Assembly: GCF_022539665.2 (NCBI RefSeq)
Contig: NC_081332.1
Location: forward strand, 6,882,001-6,946,000
DNA from: Daphnia carinata
Lineage: Eukaryota
DNA length: 64,000 nucleotides
Direction of reading: 5' to 3'
Made by a program: the position numbers and the translations under genes
Shown here: one piece after another, positions 14,446 through 29,093 of the stretch
How the letters are laid out: each line of letters begins with the position of its first letter
How positions within the stretch are numbered: position 1 is the first letter of the stretch
The notes under the pieces: model-generated
The model's input: the letters and a program-made list of their open reading frames with translations, nothing else
Database searches by the model: none
Told to the model about the DNA's origin: nothing

Positions 14446-15244
14446 ATGGCCAGTGCTACGAACGAACGCCAAAGAGTGGTGGTAACTCGTTTTCTTTGTC
14501 TTTACGTCTTGGTCTTCGCCATCTCCTGTTTGAGCGTCATACCGTCTTCTTCCGCCAAAACACAGGTAAAATCATTCAACTGCATAGGAATTATTATATT
14601 TTTTAAAGCAAAAAAAAAAAAAAATGAACGAAAGTCAATGAAAAAAGATACACACGCAGCTAGGGTGTGTCACACTGTATACAGCTGTGCTGTATGATTA
14701 TGGCATAGGTTACCGTAGGCATGAGGAATAAGGATGTAAGACCCGTTTTCAGGTGGCTCGGGTTGGAGCCCAAACAGGTTCTATCCTTCACGTTCTCCAT
14801 AAAGCTCTTCCCAACGGTCCAAACCGCAAAACAAATCAGAGACAAGGTTTTTTTTTTTTTTTTTTTCTTCTTCTTCTTCTCCTTTTTGTTTTTGTTTTTC
14901 TTATTCTTTTTTCCTTCTTGGAAGATCATTGGGACAGGCGCGACATGACAAGACGAATGATACCTTAGATTCCATTTGGGAATGGAGCCGGACACGAATC
15001 CCGGCAAGCGACTGTGCTGTTTTTGCTGCGTACTCATTCATGAAGCCCATAGATAGACAAGTCGGAAGTGTGTATGTGTGTGTGTGTGTATGTGTGTGTG
15101 AGCGTGCGTGTGTATGCAACCAAGGGAAGAACTGAAAATCAGCTGGCCTTGCCGCCGCTTGACTGAATGTTGAATACATTGGCGAGCTTCTATAGGTTTT
15201 TATGATTCGAAATTTCCATATAAGCGTTCCACGTCACTGGCTGT

Positions 15245-15286
<42 letters not shown>

Positions 15287-16945
15287 CCTTTTTTTTCATT
15301 TTTTTCCCTTCCCTATTCCTCCCGTCGGCCTCACGCGTTCTCTCTCTTTCTCTATTTGCCTCTCTCTCTCTCTCTTTCTGTTTCTGCGTCCCGCCCACTC
15401 GTGGCGCGCAAGTGCCAACTCTGGCAGACATTGGGGACTGGCACAGAAATGAGCCACGTCCTTGTCCGAATCTTCAACCACCTCAGCGTACATGTGTTCC
15501 GTATTTGCATTGGAATTGTGGCCAGAAGTTTGCTTGTCTTCGTGATACCGCCCGTTTAGCCATTCATCCGCAATCCCGGAAGGCCAAATCGATTCGCACA
15601 AAAAAAAAAAAAAAATACAAATAAAAAAGGCGAAAAAAGAAAAGGGGGGAAAAACAACAAAACGAAACAAAACAAAATGAAATAAGCTGACCTCAAATCT
15701 CGCCGTCGTTTCGTCCAGTTCCGCTTTGCCCATTACCCGTCTAACAAGGCATGCTTCAGTAGAAACGATTAATTTTGCTTTCGTGTCCAAATTATCTAGC
15801 GAAGACTAGGAAAGTTTGTTTTGAGTGGCTGCTGTTGACGACAGAGTTTGTCTGCCTTTCGACTGCCTACCCTGCAATGACTAAGGAGCTTCAACAATAA
15901 GCCAAATAAATAAATTAAATAAAGTTAAATAAATAACAGTCATTAAGACAGAGACCAAATCATGATGTGCATCTCTTTTGATTAATTTTTTTTTTTTTTT
16001 TTGGGGGGGGGGGGGGGGGGGGAGGGACAACGTGCTATTGGCGGGTACTATGCAATTGCCGATTATCTTCGAATAGTCCGTGTAGCCGTTGTAGATGATG
16101 TTTCGTGGCCAGCGGGGACGCGAAGGCCATCTGTCTTGCCTCTTGCGATCTGTCTTCACGCTGCAGGCTTCAAGAAGTGCTCACGTGTTAGGAGGAGGAA
16201 GACTCGTTTAAAATGCGTCGTCACCCATGTATCGCACTACAACGCAGGTGCACTCACTGCCACCGCTTTTCCTACGTCAAACATGGTAGCTCTTTTTGTT
16301 TTCTATGCAGCAAGTCGCCACAGTTCGTGACGCGTTAAAACAAGTTACAGCCAACAGGTCAGCCACGACATCCACCGGCAGGCTGATGGCAATGATTACA
16401 ATCAGGGACTCTTTCTTGTGATTCACCCTCTTCTGTTTGACATTAGGAAGCAGGCAAAGAAAAATGAAAACAATACAAAGAAATAGAATTAAATTTTCAT
16501 CTAAAAAAAAAAATAGGAGAAAAAAAGAAGGCCAGCAGGAAAAATCATCGATTGGATGCATAGTTCCCTTTTACGTCTACGCACCGTAAACTGATACCAG
16601 TCTGACATGCCAGATGAGATCGTGTGGCATTGTGGCAGTCAGCCACCTGAGTTACGCAACTGTAACATTCGACCTTCCTTTTTCTCTGCTATCGTCGCAT
16701 ACTTTTTCTATCGCTTTTATTTTATTTTATTTTTTTTTTATTATTCGTTTTTTTTTCTTTTATTTCTTTTTTTCCGTAGCTTTTCTTTTGTGTTCCCAAC
16801 CACGATCGACGAAGAATTTTTACGATTCCGTTTAGGGAAAAGAACAAGGAATTTTCTTCTCGAGTATGGTTGGCGGGAAAAGAGGCACCCATGCCTCTCT
16901 CCACCAAAGAAATAAAAACTACTTACAAAACTAGAAAAATAATAC

Positions 16946-16976
<31 letters not shown>

Positions 16977-19900
16977 GAGCGGACGATGACTCAATCGTAT
17001 AACTTGCAAGCGCATTGTCGATATGGAGGCAAATTGTTTCTTATATTTTCAATTTATTTGACGTGACTATTTGGTTTCTTGAAGTCGTATGTCTTTGGTT
17101 TAGGGAAAGCTGAATAAAAGGGCAAGCGATACCTGCAACTTCTTTCACCTATGACCTTTCGAATACCAACGCGTTTTTGCATTCTGTTATTCGTTTTTTT
17201 TTTTTCTTTTAATTTCTTTTCTGAAGAAAAATTTATTTTCAATATAGTTGTACTTGAATACTTCGTTTTATACCGGAGCGACTTGTTGCTGCACTCCACT
17301 CGATCGCCTACAGAAAATGCTTCATCGAAAAACTTTTACGGTCGCCACGGCACTGAGGCTCGAGATGGAGTCTCTTCCTATGTAGAACTAATGCAGGACG
17401 AAAGACTTTGTCTTTCCTTTTTTCTTTTTCTTTTTCTTTTTTTTTAAATCATAATTGCAGCCATTATTATTTTTACACCCCACTTTGCTAGTGTATATTT
17501 AGTTTGTACTTTAATTTCTATGTTGAAAGTGTGCTTACAGAAGGCCAGCTGACGGCTGTCTGAGAAGAAAAGCAAACGGACAACCAAACAACGAATGTGG
17601 TTGCTGTGATTAAAAATTTTCCGCGGATGAGATACGCTATCTTGGATGGCTCTTTTGTCAATAGTGCATTGCAAACGGCAACTGCTTTATGCGTGCGTAA
17701 AAAATTGTAAGCGAACCACGAAACGAACATGGTGGCAAAAATTTGAAAAAAAGTTATCTTTCTTTATCTTAATCGTCGTTAGTTACGATACCTCAACCTG
17801 ACTGTATGTCTAGTTTCGCTAGCGGATACTGCTACCTATTCGATAGCGAACAGCAGTGAGTGCCCCCTTCACAGCCGCTGTGTCTTTTTGCCTTTTTTGT
17901 TGGCTAATCATTCATCGTAGGCACACAAAGAGAAATAACTCAGGTTTCTGAGTAATAATGTTACTCGAGTTTAATCCACATCATTCAACCAAATAGCGTA
18001 ATAGGCACAATCATGGTAGAGAGCAAGCACCACCATAATCGGGCCTGTGAGGAAAACGAATTTTTTTTTTTATACTGCACTTGATTTCTAGCCTTCTAAT
18101 GGCCTCGTTTCTTCGTTCGCCCAGCGGGATCCAAATGAAAGTGGACCGCTTCAGGATAGCATGGTGACGCAGGGAGCATGATAGTTCTCTAGTTTGAACT
18201 GTCATCGTTACACACGTTCTTCGCTTACTCCACCTTCAGCTGTCATAATCCAAAACGGAAAATAGGCGTAAGAGTTGAGGACGCAAACAGATGCTGTTAC
18301 TGAAATTTGAGTTTCGCAGATGTGAAACATCTGCTAGCGGAGCTTGAAAAGTGAAATCGCAAGCAGGAGAAGCTATTGCAAAGTTTATTTATTTGAGCTC
18401 CTATTCTAGGTCAAGTGCGTGAAAAACTGGATAATCTGCGTCCAGAAACACGATTGCTCTGTGTCGCCGAATTTGGTGTGAAAAACAGGAACGTCAGTTA
18501 CTGTGACTATAGTCTGTGCGTTCACTCCAAATGTCTAAAATTTCACTGATGATTTAACGTCGTCGGTACTCTTGGTATAAACTTTTACGGTCTTGTCGTT
18601 TGTTACGTCCTACAGAACAGCACCGAATGGAAGAGAAAACCCACCGCCATCAGCCATCCCGCAACGTCCAATGGCTCGGGTGTGCAGATGGCGAAACCAC
18701 TTCGCCAGCATCAGCATCGCAATCACCATCGCAACAAACGAGTTGAAGGTACGTGATGCACATTGTTCGACTGCAAAGCGTGGCAGACGTGGCAACTTAA
18801 GCCCTCGCCTCCAACCCTTCCGCCTGTCGTCCTCTGCTTTTAACCGGCCAATTTCAATTTGTCTTTTACCAGCCAGTATCCTTGAGCAGAACGGGACGAC
18901 CATCGCCAACAAGAACAAGAATATTAATGGCAGTCATAACAACAACGCAACCAAAGTTAGTCCGACCACCAGCGAAGAATTATCTCCTTGGTCACCGTGG
19001 TCCAAGTAAGTCCCATTGGCGAAGTATTTGGCGTCACGATTTGCAATTTTGATTTCTCCGGACATGAAGTGCTTAGATTTATCATGAGGCACCCGTTGCT
19101 GGGTTAGGTCTGACGCGAGGTGCATCCGGTACTCTGGGTGCTCGACTGGGTGGACAAAAACGATAACCGTCGGCGCCGTCACGTTGATTTATGAGCTCGG
19201 TTAAAACACCTTACTATGACTGTGAAAAAAAAAAAAAAAAGATAAAAAACGCCGTAAATCAACGGGCTAGACAAGGATAACAGAATTTGAAAGGATCCCA
19301 AATCATAGCGCTATTTTGTCAGTTAACTATAGTCTGTATTGTTACGGGTGACTAGTACTACGTCAATGCCTGCCTGCTTTCCTCCATTTTTAAAAGAAAT
19401 TCCTTTTGCTGTTGTTTTAAACATGCAAGGACATATACGTCAAGAAGACAACATCCGTTTCATCCGGCTACATCCCCTTTTTTTAAATAAATTTTTTTTT
19501 ATTTTTTCAACCTTGTTAAATGCTAAAGGGAAAACAGCGGGATTTCCGGGTTCGAACAAGCCCAGTCTCGCCTTAACAAGGTACTGTAGTCCGAATTGAT
19601 GTATCGTGCGTGCAAAAAAAATTCCGTATGTTGGTAATGACCACATGCGCTATAAAGACGATTAGTAAAAAAAAAAAATGATAATAATAATAATTCGAGG
19701 TTCGCAGTTGAGGACGATAAATACAAACCCCACTTGATTTTTTTTCTTGGGGCGGTTAGGTGCAACAAACGGTGTCGCCAAAATCGCCAGCGCAAGTGTA
19801 TTCCGTCGGCAGACTCCGAAGCGCTAAGGCGATGCATCCAGCAACACGTGCTGAAGCAGGAGCGCACGTGCCGCAAGGGGCGCTGCAAGCGCGGCGGTAG

Positions 19901-21627
19901 GGCTTTCCATGTTGTTCTTCCGCCGAAACGGGAGAGCCTCAAGCAGCCAACCACGACCACGTCGTCGTCCGCTTCGTCGACCCAAAACCAGCAACAGTCC
20001 GACGTGCGCGTGCTGCTTAGTCTCAATTCCATTTTCTATTCTTCGTGGAGTAGGTGGTCGACGTGCACCAAAGCTTGCACCACTACACGTTACAGGTAAA
20101 CCTAAAGTGTAGCACCAATTCAAAACGATCGATTCAAAAATTGCAAACACCTACACCATGTAGGACGTGTCGCTTTCAAGTGATCTGTGGCAACACTGTG
20201 CTTCAGGAAGACGCCTACTGTTACACGGAGGGTACCAACTGCGAAAAATGGTACAGCGGCCGATCGCGGTACACCAAAGATGATGACAGTGAGTTCACTT
20301 TTTTTTTTCTTTCGCGTGTGACGTTCGCCCAGTGAAAATGTATTTCAACACCGCGCTACCTTTGCTAGGGTATGAGCACAGTCCCGTTGCAGTGGCAGAG
20401 AAAAGTAATGGCAATAGCAGCGCGAATACAAGCAATAATAAAGGTCAGAAGAAAACCAAAGAAGATTCCGAAGTTGAAATTCAACCGGAATGCGGCGTTT
20501 CGGCGAGTGGCAATGGAGGTGTCGGAAGTAGTGGCGTCAGCAACCTGTCCTATAATTTGCAACTGCGCATTATCGGCGGCAGGGAAGCAACACCAGGCAG
20601 GTGGCCGTGGCAAGTGGCTATTCTCAATCGCTTCAAGGTAAGGCGTTTCGTCATCCACCGTTTTTTTTTTCTTTTATTATTTTTTTAACGTTGAGTCATT
20701 CCTTCATTTTTTTTTTGTTTGATGCCCTTCTTCGTAACACGTAAAAAAAAAATTTTCATACTAGGAGGCGTTTTGTGGAGGTACTCTGATCGGAGCCCGT
20801 TGGGTGCTGACAGCCGCCCATTGTATACGAAAGAGACTCTCCGTCCGCATAGGAGAATACGATCTAGTAGAGGACGATGGCACCGAAATGGATTTCCGGG
20901 TTAGTTTGTATATTCTGTTTATTTTTTTAAACTTCAGCTGTCGTGCCAATCGAAGTGAACCGATACGGGATGCGTAATGTTTTAAAATGCTAACTGTTTG
21001 GCTTTTGGTTTTCAGGTGGAAGAAGTATTCGTTCATCCGGATTATGATCCAGAAACGGTGGACAATGACGTGGCCTTGCTTCGGCTTCCTGAGGCCATTA
21101 AGCTCGGTCAGCAGGGCATTAGGCTGGCCTGTTTGCCTCAACCTGGCCAGTCATTGCCGATCACGCAAAAGTGCACCATCATCGGTTGGGGTAAAGAAAG
21201 AAGCTCACACGTCTTTGGCACCGAAGTCCTGCACGAGGCCGAGGTTACAGGCGAAGAAGGCCAATAAGTTCTAATTCAATGCCGGAAAAAATGCTCCTCA
21301 ATTATTTACCATTTTTTTTCTTTCTTTCTTTCTTTATTTTTTTTTTAGGTTCCTATAGTAAAAACTTCAGCCTGTCGTGAAGTCTACGAGGACTATTTCA
21401 TCACGGACAACATGTTCTGCGCCGGATATCGCAAAGGTCGGATCGACTCGTGCGCCGGCGATTCCGGTGGTCCACTTCTCTGTTCCGTGGGCGACAGGTG
21501 GACAATATTCGGTATCACCAGCTTTGGTGAAGGTTGCGGTAAGCGCGGAAAGTTCGGCATCTACACCAAAGTGCCTAATTATGTCACCTGGATCCAGCGA
21601 GTCATCGATCTAAACGGCGGCATCTAA
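14446..21627 (+). CDS. Secreted S1A (trypsin-type) serine protease with two N-terminal thrombospondin type-1-like repeats
   Basis: Hydrophobic leader exon 14446-14565, then a ~4-kb intron and exons from 18616. TSP1-like [19 protein letters not shown] and [19 protein letters not shown]. Activation site R|IIGG ([12 protein letters not shown]). Intact catalytic triad TAAHC / DNDVALL / GDSGGP, with S1 Asp (DSCAGDSGG). Stop at 21627. Confidence 0.92.
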
Positions 21628-22319
21628 CGGTTTTGCGTAGAATCGTTCCCTACACCGTACAATCGTCTTCCCTTATCTATTGCCGAGCGAACGCGCTAGC
21701 TCCGAGATCGTCTTGCACAGAAACTCGCGTTTTTGTTTATTATTATTATTTTATTATTATTTTTTTTTTTTTGCTTCTTGTCTTTTTCGGTTTGTTTTGA
21801 TTATTTGTTTCCAGTTTTTTCTCGATTTTTGGTTTTTGTTTGTCCTTATTTTGTGCTGCTCCAACAAATGAACACATATTTATAGATTTTTAAAAACATT
21901 ATATTTGACTCGCCATGTGACAACTAACTCCGTATAATACATCCAAAGTAACGAAGAGAATCAATAATAAGAAGCCAGTAGAATTTGAAGAATCAATTGA
22001 TTTCAAGGCCGAACGAAGCCAAAAACGTGTGACAGTTTATCTAGCTACTTACAAACGCCACCAACTATTCAATAGGTCCCCCTTCGTCCCTGCTGTGAAA
22101 CTGTGATATGAGCGCATAGTTTACACGAAAAACTGAGAAATTCAAGTGTTTTCACGCGCAACAGCAGAAAATGAGAAAAAAAAAGAATTCAGCCCTAACG
22201 CTGCCCGTCATAAATAGCTCTTTGCTTTGCGATGGTGCCTTAAGCACCTGGCTTAGGATGAAACTCCATTTTGCGTATCTAGATGATACAGGTTGCTTAG
22301 TGGCTTCGTATTTCTATTA

Positions 22320-24589
22320 TTACATTATCGAATGCCAACGTTCCACCGAAACTCCGGGTCGGTGTGCCATGTCATGCCAGTGATCAATCCCAGTTGTAAC
22401 AGCTGTACTGTTTGCCCAGGTAGAAAAGAAATGACGATGACCCAAGGTGATCCGTCCCAATGTCCTCTTTGTTCCTAAAATAAAAAGGTTTAATAAATAA
22501 CTCGAAAATCCATTACGTTGTTCATTTTTGGACGAAGAAACGTTTGCGAACGACTTGAGTGATATAGAAAGAGGTTTACCTATTGTGGATTTGGTGACAA
22601 GGACGAGCTGGCAGGAAGCTTCGTGAAGCACTTTCGACTGAAGGGCGAAAACGAACTTCTCTCGTAGCGCGGCCGTGGCCTCATCCCGCCGGATGCCATT
22701 AGTCCTTCGCGTTGCCATTAAATATCCGCGTTCGTACAACAACACCTTAATCGTAACTAGACAAAAAAAAAGTGGTAAGTTTTAGAAGGTTTCAAGGGTT
22801 TCTCATCAATGTGCTTGTTACAGCGAACTTGGAACTCTTCCACAATTCTTCGTAGAATTTGAAAGAAACCTTTGTCTCTCACCTTTCTCTTTATCTTGGT
22901 TGTTTGGAATGAACATTGCTGGACGAATTTGCAAAAGTTCCAATATAATCCGCCCGTGGTTAATCAGTTTTGCTTCATCCCACCAAACTCGATACAAAAG
23001 TGCAATTTGCATTTCGGCCTTGGCCAATGATTCCGCATTCTATAACGAAACATTGTTGTTCAAAATAAATAAATAAACAAATAAAACGTTATTCAAAGAA
23101 GCAGTTAGTCCCAATCCATGCGAAGATATTTAACGTTGCAGATTTCGATTGGGTGCGGTGAAACGCCAAATCACAGCTAAATGATTCAATGAATTGTTTC
23201 ACGATAATAATACGAATAGGATCGTGCTAATAAGACGAATTGTTTCAGGCACAACTTGCAGACCATTGAATTAATGTAGAACAAGCTATTGCTCAAACTA
23301 TCAGTTTGTTTGCAGTTGCAGAAACGTGTACACAGATGCAGCTAGCCACCTGTTCAATTACGAGGTTTACCGAAAGCAACGCAGCTTTCGTCAAGCGAAT
23401 GCACTTGAAACTTTGTCTGTTGCGAACGTTCGTATGCGCATATGCCATTATAGCAATAGATGAATCACTCGAAAATGAGACTACTGACCACCTTACCACA
23501 ATGTCTGCGTGAGGTGAAATGGCTGGTATATTCTCCAGTAAACACCACCTCACTTGACGCCGGTGATTCACTCCGTCGAAGTCGGCCATGCTGAAAATTG
23601 CCTGACCTAGCGTTACTGAGCGTGAAACACACCTTTCGTAGCAGGATGATTCTGGACGGTCACGAACCATCAGCAAAATTTCAGTTTTATTCAAAAGCAA
23701 ATTGGACATGTCCAGTTCGAATACTTGATTGAAGAGCGGATTGCAGTTGGACTTCAGCGTTTTAGTTATGCATTTGATCTGTCTTTCGGGAAGGATTACA
23801 ATCTGCATAATGAAAAACAATACTATTCAAAAATTTTGTTCTTTTAAAATATTATGTGAAGCAGTTCCGTGAATTTAATAAATCACCTTGACATATGGAT
23901 CAGGAGCAATATTTTTACTCCTTGTCGGCAGATTGAGTGCACCCAAAATCTTGAGGGTTAATAATTGACGCGAAGAATTAAATTGCAAAGAAAAACCAAT
24001 TTTGGCTTGGCTTGTGTGGATGAGCTCATTTGTTTCAAGATCACGCGAGTAGAGTTTCAAGTTTAAATTGGCAGGACCCAATAATTTGCTGTTGACGCGT
24101 TGAGGACAAACGGTGTCGGCAGCCGAAATGCTCTCCGAACAGGTTCTGTTTACTACGTTGTTCAATGGTTGAGATTCGTCCGTAACACTTGATTGAGATT
24201 CAACAGTGGCGGGATTTTTTTGCTGAAAAAAAAAATAAATTAAAGAGAATTGTACATTTTGGTGAAGAGAAAACATTCACTCTAAACAAGTTTCAGTTTG
24301 CGATCTGTGTGGTGGCAGTACTTTACGAGTTGCTGGTAGAACGAATGAGACGATGTCCTCACTGCGGATAACGGGTATTTTAGAGGTAAGTTTAAATTTC
24401 TGTTTGGCTGCGAAGCCGTTTTTTGTCTGCTCATGCTTATATAAGTTCTTCTTTCGCCACCAGAAGAAGAGGCAACACACAGTAGCGGACATGATGATGA
24501 CGAAGAATGAACAGACAGCTACGAATAGAGCTAGCCCGTGAGTTGACAGTCTGGAGTCCACTAAGCGATTGAAACTCAAATTACCAAAC
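22320..24589 (-). CDS. Synaptotagmin-like protein (N-terminal TM plus tandem C2 domains), probably Ca2+-independent; start codon unresolved
   Basis: TM segment LALFVAVCSFFVIIMSATVCCLFFWW followed by a basic stretch. C2A: IGFSLQFNSSRQLLTLKILGALNLP...DPYVK...NPLFNQVF. C2B C-terminus GRITLG...HWHDMAHRPGVSVERWHSIM*. Spliced exons. Confidence 0.82.
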
Positions 24590-26817
24590 TATTAAAGAAT
24601 GAACTTTATCCGACTGACTTGAAAAACAAAATCAACAAAGACGAACTAACGTTGTTTCTTGAGGTACGCCAGGCGTAGGTTAATGATTCCCTGGGCAGCA
24701 GCGACACGTCCAGTTAAACACGGTGTAACAAGCGAATTGCGTCAGAAGCATAGGCAACTGGGTAACTTCACGCGGAAAAAAGATGTACAATTGAAAGACA
24801 CGTAGGCAGCTTTGAAACTAATGCCGTATTCGTCCCGGAACCACAAATGCGCGTTCAGATCAAACCTGTGTGACGTCAGAAATTTTTATTGACCAGCGGT
24901 CACTGACAAAAGCGGGCAAAATCCTGGACGCGACTATTTAAAAATTTTTTTTTTTTGTGGCGTTAAACGAGCGTCCAACACCATCGCACCCCAATAAGGT
25001 AATAAATATAATTTTGACTGGGAAAGGCTCAGTATCGTTTAAAGTACCTTGCGTGCAAACCATATGATCCCCCATCTGTATTGCACTCAAGGATAAAGCT
25101 AGAGTTTGCAGAGAAGCTTTTGTGTGTACAGTAGCAGTATTTATTTTTATTTTTATTTTATTTTTTTAACCATACGATTATCCAAGGTTGTTCCAACGCA
25201 GACAGCGAGCACACTTGTTTTGTGTTTTTTATCAGTTCCGGGACTGAGCGTGAGATGGCAAGGTCGCAGTGCCATAATCGTCAAACTACGCGCGTCGCTT
25301 GCAGGTGTGTGTGTTTTCACTGACGGCTGCATCGTGATTACGGTTGCCAGAGATGCAACTAGAGAACATGGAATGCCTTGATCACCTTCACACCAACGTG
25401 CTGATGTGTTGTCTCTTTTGGCCGACATAATTCTGAAACGGTGAGTCACCATTCGATAAATCGTAGAAAACGAATGGGGAGCTTCAATGCAACGGAATCC
25501 GCTAAAGAAAGGAGGCTGGCTGTTATATAGCCATTGTCTAAACAATGGTACAAAAATGGGGACATAAATTGATTTTGCCGGTATATTTTTAAAAATCTGC
25601 ATTGTGATAAAAAATTGGATTTGCTTTGAATGAAAAAAGTTTTCGCTGTCTTAATACAGCTGTGTAGTTGTGTGTTAACACACCAAACAAATCCTTGTCC
25701 TCAACCTCGAAACTTCAAATTGGAATACAGAATACAAAATAAAGAATGATTCTTCCAATAAATTTAATCTGATTCCTTTCATTTTTCTTATTAATTTTGG
25801 CCTCAAATTCTATTCTCATTCGACATTCGAAGTTCGAATAAGAATTCAGATAGTTGATTGGTTTTTATTGTTCTAAGCACCTAGGACTCGACCCGATTTG
25901 CAATAAATCCGCGACGCCCTATAATTTGCCGAACACAGCTTGTTCAAATTTGTTATTACTTGTGACAAAATAAAAAATGCCTTAACAACTTAACCGTGAC
26001 ATGTTACATGCGTGTCATCCAATTTCTTCGTTAGTCGTTTGTTTGGTTATTTATTTATTTATTTGGTTGCCATTTTTCTTTCAGTAAAACCGCTGCTCTG
26101 TTCGATGTTACATCATAGTTTATGGTTTAACAAGATTTTAGGATTTTAATCGATTGATGGCCAATAAAATTAAAATTTTCTTTTTTCTACTTTACTTTCG
26201 ATATTAAAGCCCAAGAACTTTGCTGTTTCCCCTCTATCTTTCTTCTAGCTTTCGCCCGTTGTAAGCATATACGCTATGAAATAAAACCATCTCACCCGAA
26301 CAAAACAAATATAATAATGTTGAACCAGAGTAAACCATAATCACTACATTCAAATTGTGATATAAAACTAAAGCAATTAAAGTAATTTCCTGAAGTAACT
26401 CATAACTGGTAGTATTATAGGCCGGTGTTATTCCCCTCTGGCGTTAATTGAGTAAACGTTTGCTGTCAACGAGACATTTTCAACGGAAAAGATTGCCAAA
26501 GAAAACGTACAATTTGCGATTTTTCTTTAATATCCATAAGTTAAGTATAACATTCATTTGCTTAGCATAATATTTAATAAATGACTAAAAATCTAAATGA
26601 TCGTTGACCAAATACACAATTTTTGAATGAGTTGGCAACCTACTGAAATCTTGCGTCACACGTTAACCTTTATCATTAAAAAAATTTATATAACGCTGAA
26701 TGATAACAAAAGTCATTTGGGTCGGCGGGACGTTGCTATCGATGGCTCACATCACGTGCTTTAACATGTGAGAAACAATTGCGTACTGCATATCGATAAT
26801 TTACCGTGCCCATAGCT

Positions 26818-26824
26818 TATAAAA
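26818..26824 (+). promoter_or_regulatory. Candidate TATA box
   Basis: TATAAAA about 50 nt upstream of the ATG at 26875. Confidence 0.5.
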
Positions 26825-26874
26825 GTTCTTGCGGCCTTCTTTTAGGTGTACACTGACACCAATAAGCATTCACG

Positions 26875-29093
26875 ATGGAATTTCTTCTAGTTGCTTTGCT
26901 TTTCGTGAGTGGCTTAAGCAGTGTAATCAATGGGCAAACAGTTGGTACACTTCCACGCCTGGTAAGTAAATTCCAGTTTTAAAAAAGATTTTATTTTAAT
27001 GAAATTGTTCAAAGGAAGTTGGTTGGTATTTGTTTTGCAGATTGGTGAAATTAGCGCTTCAGCTCCTGCCTTTGCCGACATTCACGAATCCAGTGACAGC
27101 TCACTGCCTTATGCAGATAGATTTACGCTTTATGTGTCAACATTCAAACCATTTCAGCTCAAGGTATTAAACGATGTTCTCTTATTTCAGAACTATTTAT
27201 GATACCGTTACTATCGTTGGCTAAATAAACCAACAGACAGATCCAGTTCTTTTTTTGCGTTCACCTGGAAGATATTTGTATGATACCACCAACTGGCCGA
27301 TTGAGATTCTAGCGGATAGCGCCCTTTGGCCTAATAACCCAGACCTTCTACCAAGTAAGAGGAGATGCGTAGAGTAGTGAGAATAAAATTTATCGGATAA
27401 ATACGATGACTAGACGGGGTCGTCATTACGTATTGTGAACACGCGCTTATTGTATCTGTAAACAGAATAGTCGGTTGTACGCAGATTTCTTACGTTTTAC
27501 GCAACTTACTGTGTTCGGTTTTTTTCGTCCCATTTGAACAGAATCTGTTGTTGATGGCTATGAAGGAATTGTTCAGACCTCTGGATTTTTGGTACCCGGA
27601 AAAACTAAAGGGCAACTTCAGCTATACAACATGAATGCAGCTATTCCAGCTGATACAGAAATCAACATCGCCAGCAGTGATGTAAGTAGAAAAAACAAGT
27701 ATTGGGTAAAAGCTAAAGAAATCTAAAAAATCTGGCCGAAAACAAAATGTGAAACTTTTACAAATGAAAATTGTTCCCTTGAAAGTTACATTTTTACTTG
27801 TTCGTTGAAGATTAAGGACTATTCGTATCATCGTGTTATCTGGAAGGATATGGACGGCGATGGTGATTTAGACGCTGTAACAGCTCGTTTTCACAATAGT
27901 AAGATAAATTCATGGCTAAAAGAAATAAAACAAAAACGTAGATAAAGACCACAAATTCTGTTACAGCTGCGGAAGAACAAAATTTTCTTTGGCTGGAAAA
28001 TCCAGGCCAAGCCGTTCCAGGTATTCATATCGATTACAGCGGTAGGGAATGTTGAAACTTGGCTCATTGCACTAACCTTTGGCAGGCTGGACCCAGCACG
28101 TCATATACAACCAAGGGCCTGATGTTCACTTTCGTAACATATTGCTAAATTCTTCTGGCCTTCCCTTTGACTGCTTCATAGCCGGTGAACTTTGGAATAA
28201 GCGCGCTACGCTATACTGCATACCGCTTGGAGCCAACAATGGCTGGAATAATCCTGAAAATGTTATTTGATTAGCTGATTGAAACACTTTTAAAAAAGTG
28301 TGATAAATTTTATCTTGTGTTACAGATTCAAATGAGAATCATTGATGATACCGTAGGTCAAACATTCGACCTGCTACTTGAAGACTTCGATAATGATGGA
28401 CGTATTGATTTCCTGCTAACATCATTTGATGATAGATTCGGAGTTAAATCCGGCAGTGTTTATATTTACGAAATTCCTGATGACCTTTTGTAGGAATCTT
28501 TTCTTCCCAGATCTACTTAGTTTGATAAATTTCTGAGTGCTAAAAAGAAATTATTTAGAATCAATTTTATGTTATAAATAGTGCTGGCACCTGGGTTCGC
28601 CATATCATCGCTGATAACTTCATTCCTGACGGAGCTAACACGATGTCTCCTGGAACACCACAATCTTTTTATCCTAGCGCTGACTATGCCAATGAAATTC
28701 TTCCGGATGGCAGGTGAGACTTAACGTGTAGGTTGTGCAACTGAGAGCCATTCCAAACTTCAATTTGGGTTTACCATCTTTCAGGAACCACCGCAAGTGG
28801 ATTCTCGTTAGTGGAGATGATGACGGTAAAATTTACATTCTGCGACCGAAAACTGAAGCAGCTAATGACTTCTCACCCTACGAAAAAACTGTGCTTATAG
28901 ATACAAATGCCCAAACAGCAGGTGAGCGCACTATTTTTTCGGTAAAGCTTAAACTGGTGGTTATAATTGGCTCTTTAATCATCCAGGAAAACCAGCAATA
29001 GGCGATTTGGATGGAGATGGTTATACCGATTTCGTAGCTCCCGGCTATTCCGCTAATAAACTTTATGTATTTACATATGCTCCATTGCTTTAA
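26875..29093 (+). CDS. Secreted FG-GAP/VCBS-repeat (beta-propeller) protein, multi-exon
   Basis: Signal peptide MEFLLVALLFVSGLSSVING. Three DxDxDG Ca-binding motifs (WKDMDGDGDLDAVTARF, EDFDNDGRIDFLLT, GDLDGDGYTDFVAPGY). About 10 short GT-AG introns. Stop at 29091-29093, with AATAAA at ~29158. Confidence 0.82.

Noticed and set aside
11044..18205. Numerous 60-190 aa ORFs in the track
   Set aside because: They are low-complexity translations of poly-A/T and dinucleotide tracts in intergenic and intronic DNA. Only the 14446-14565 exon is supported.
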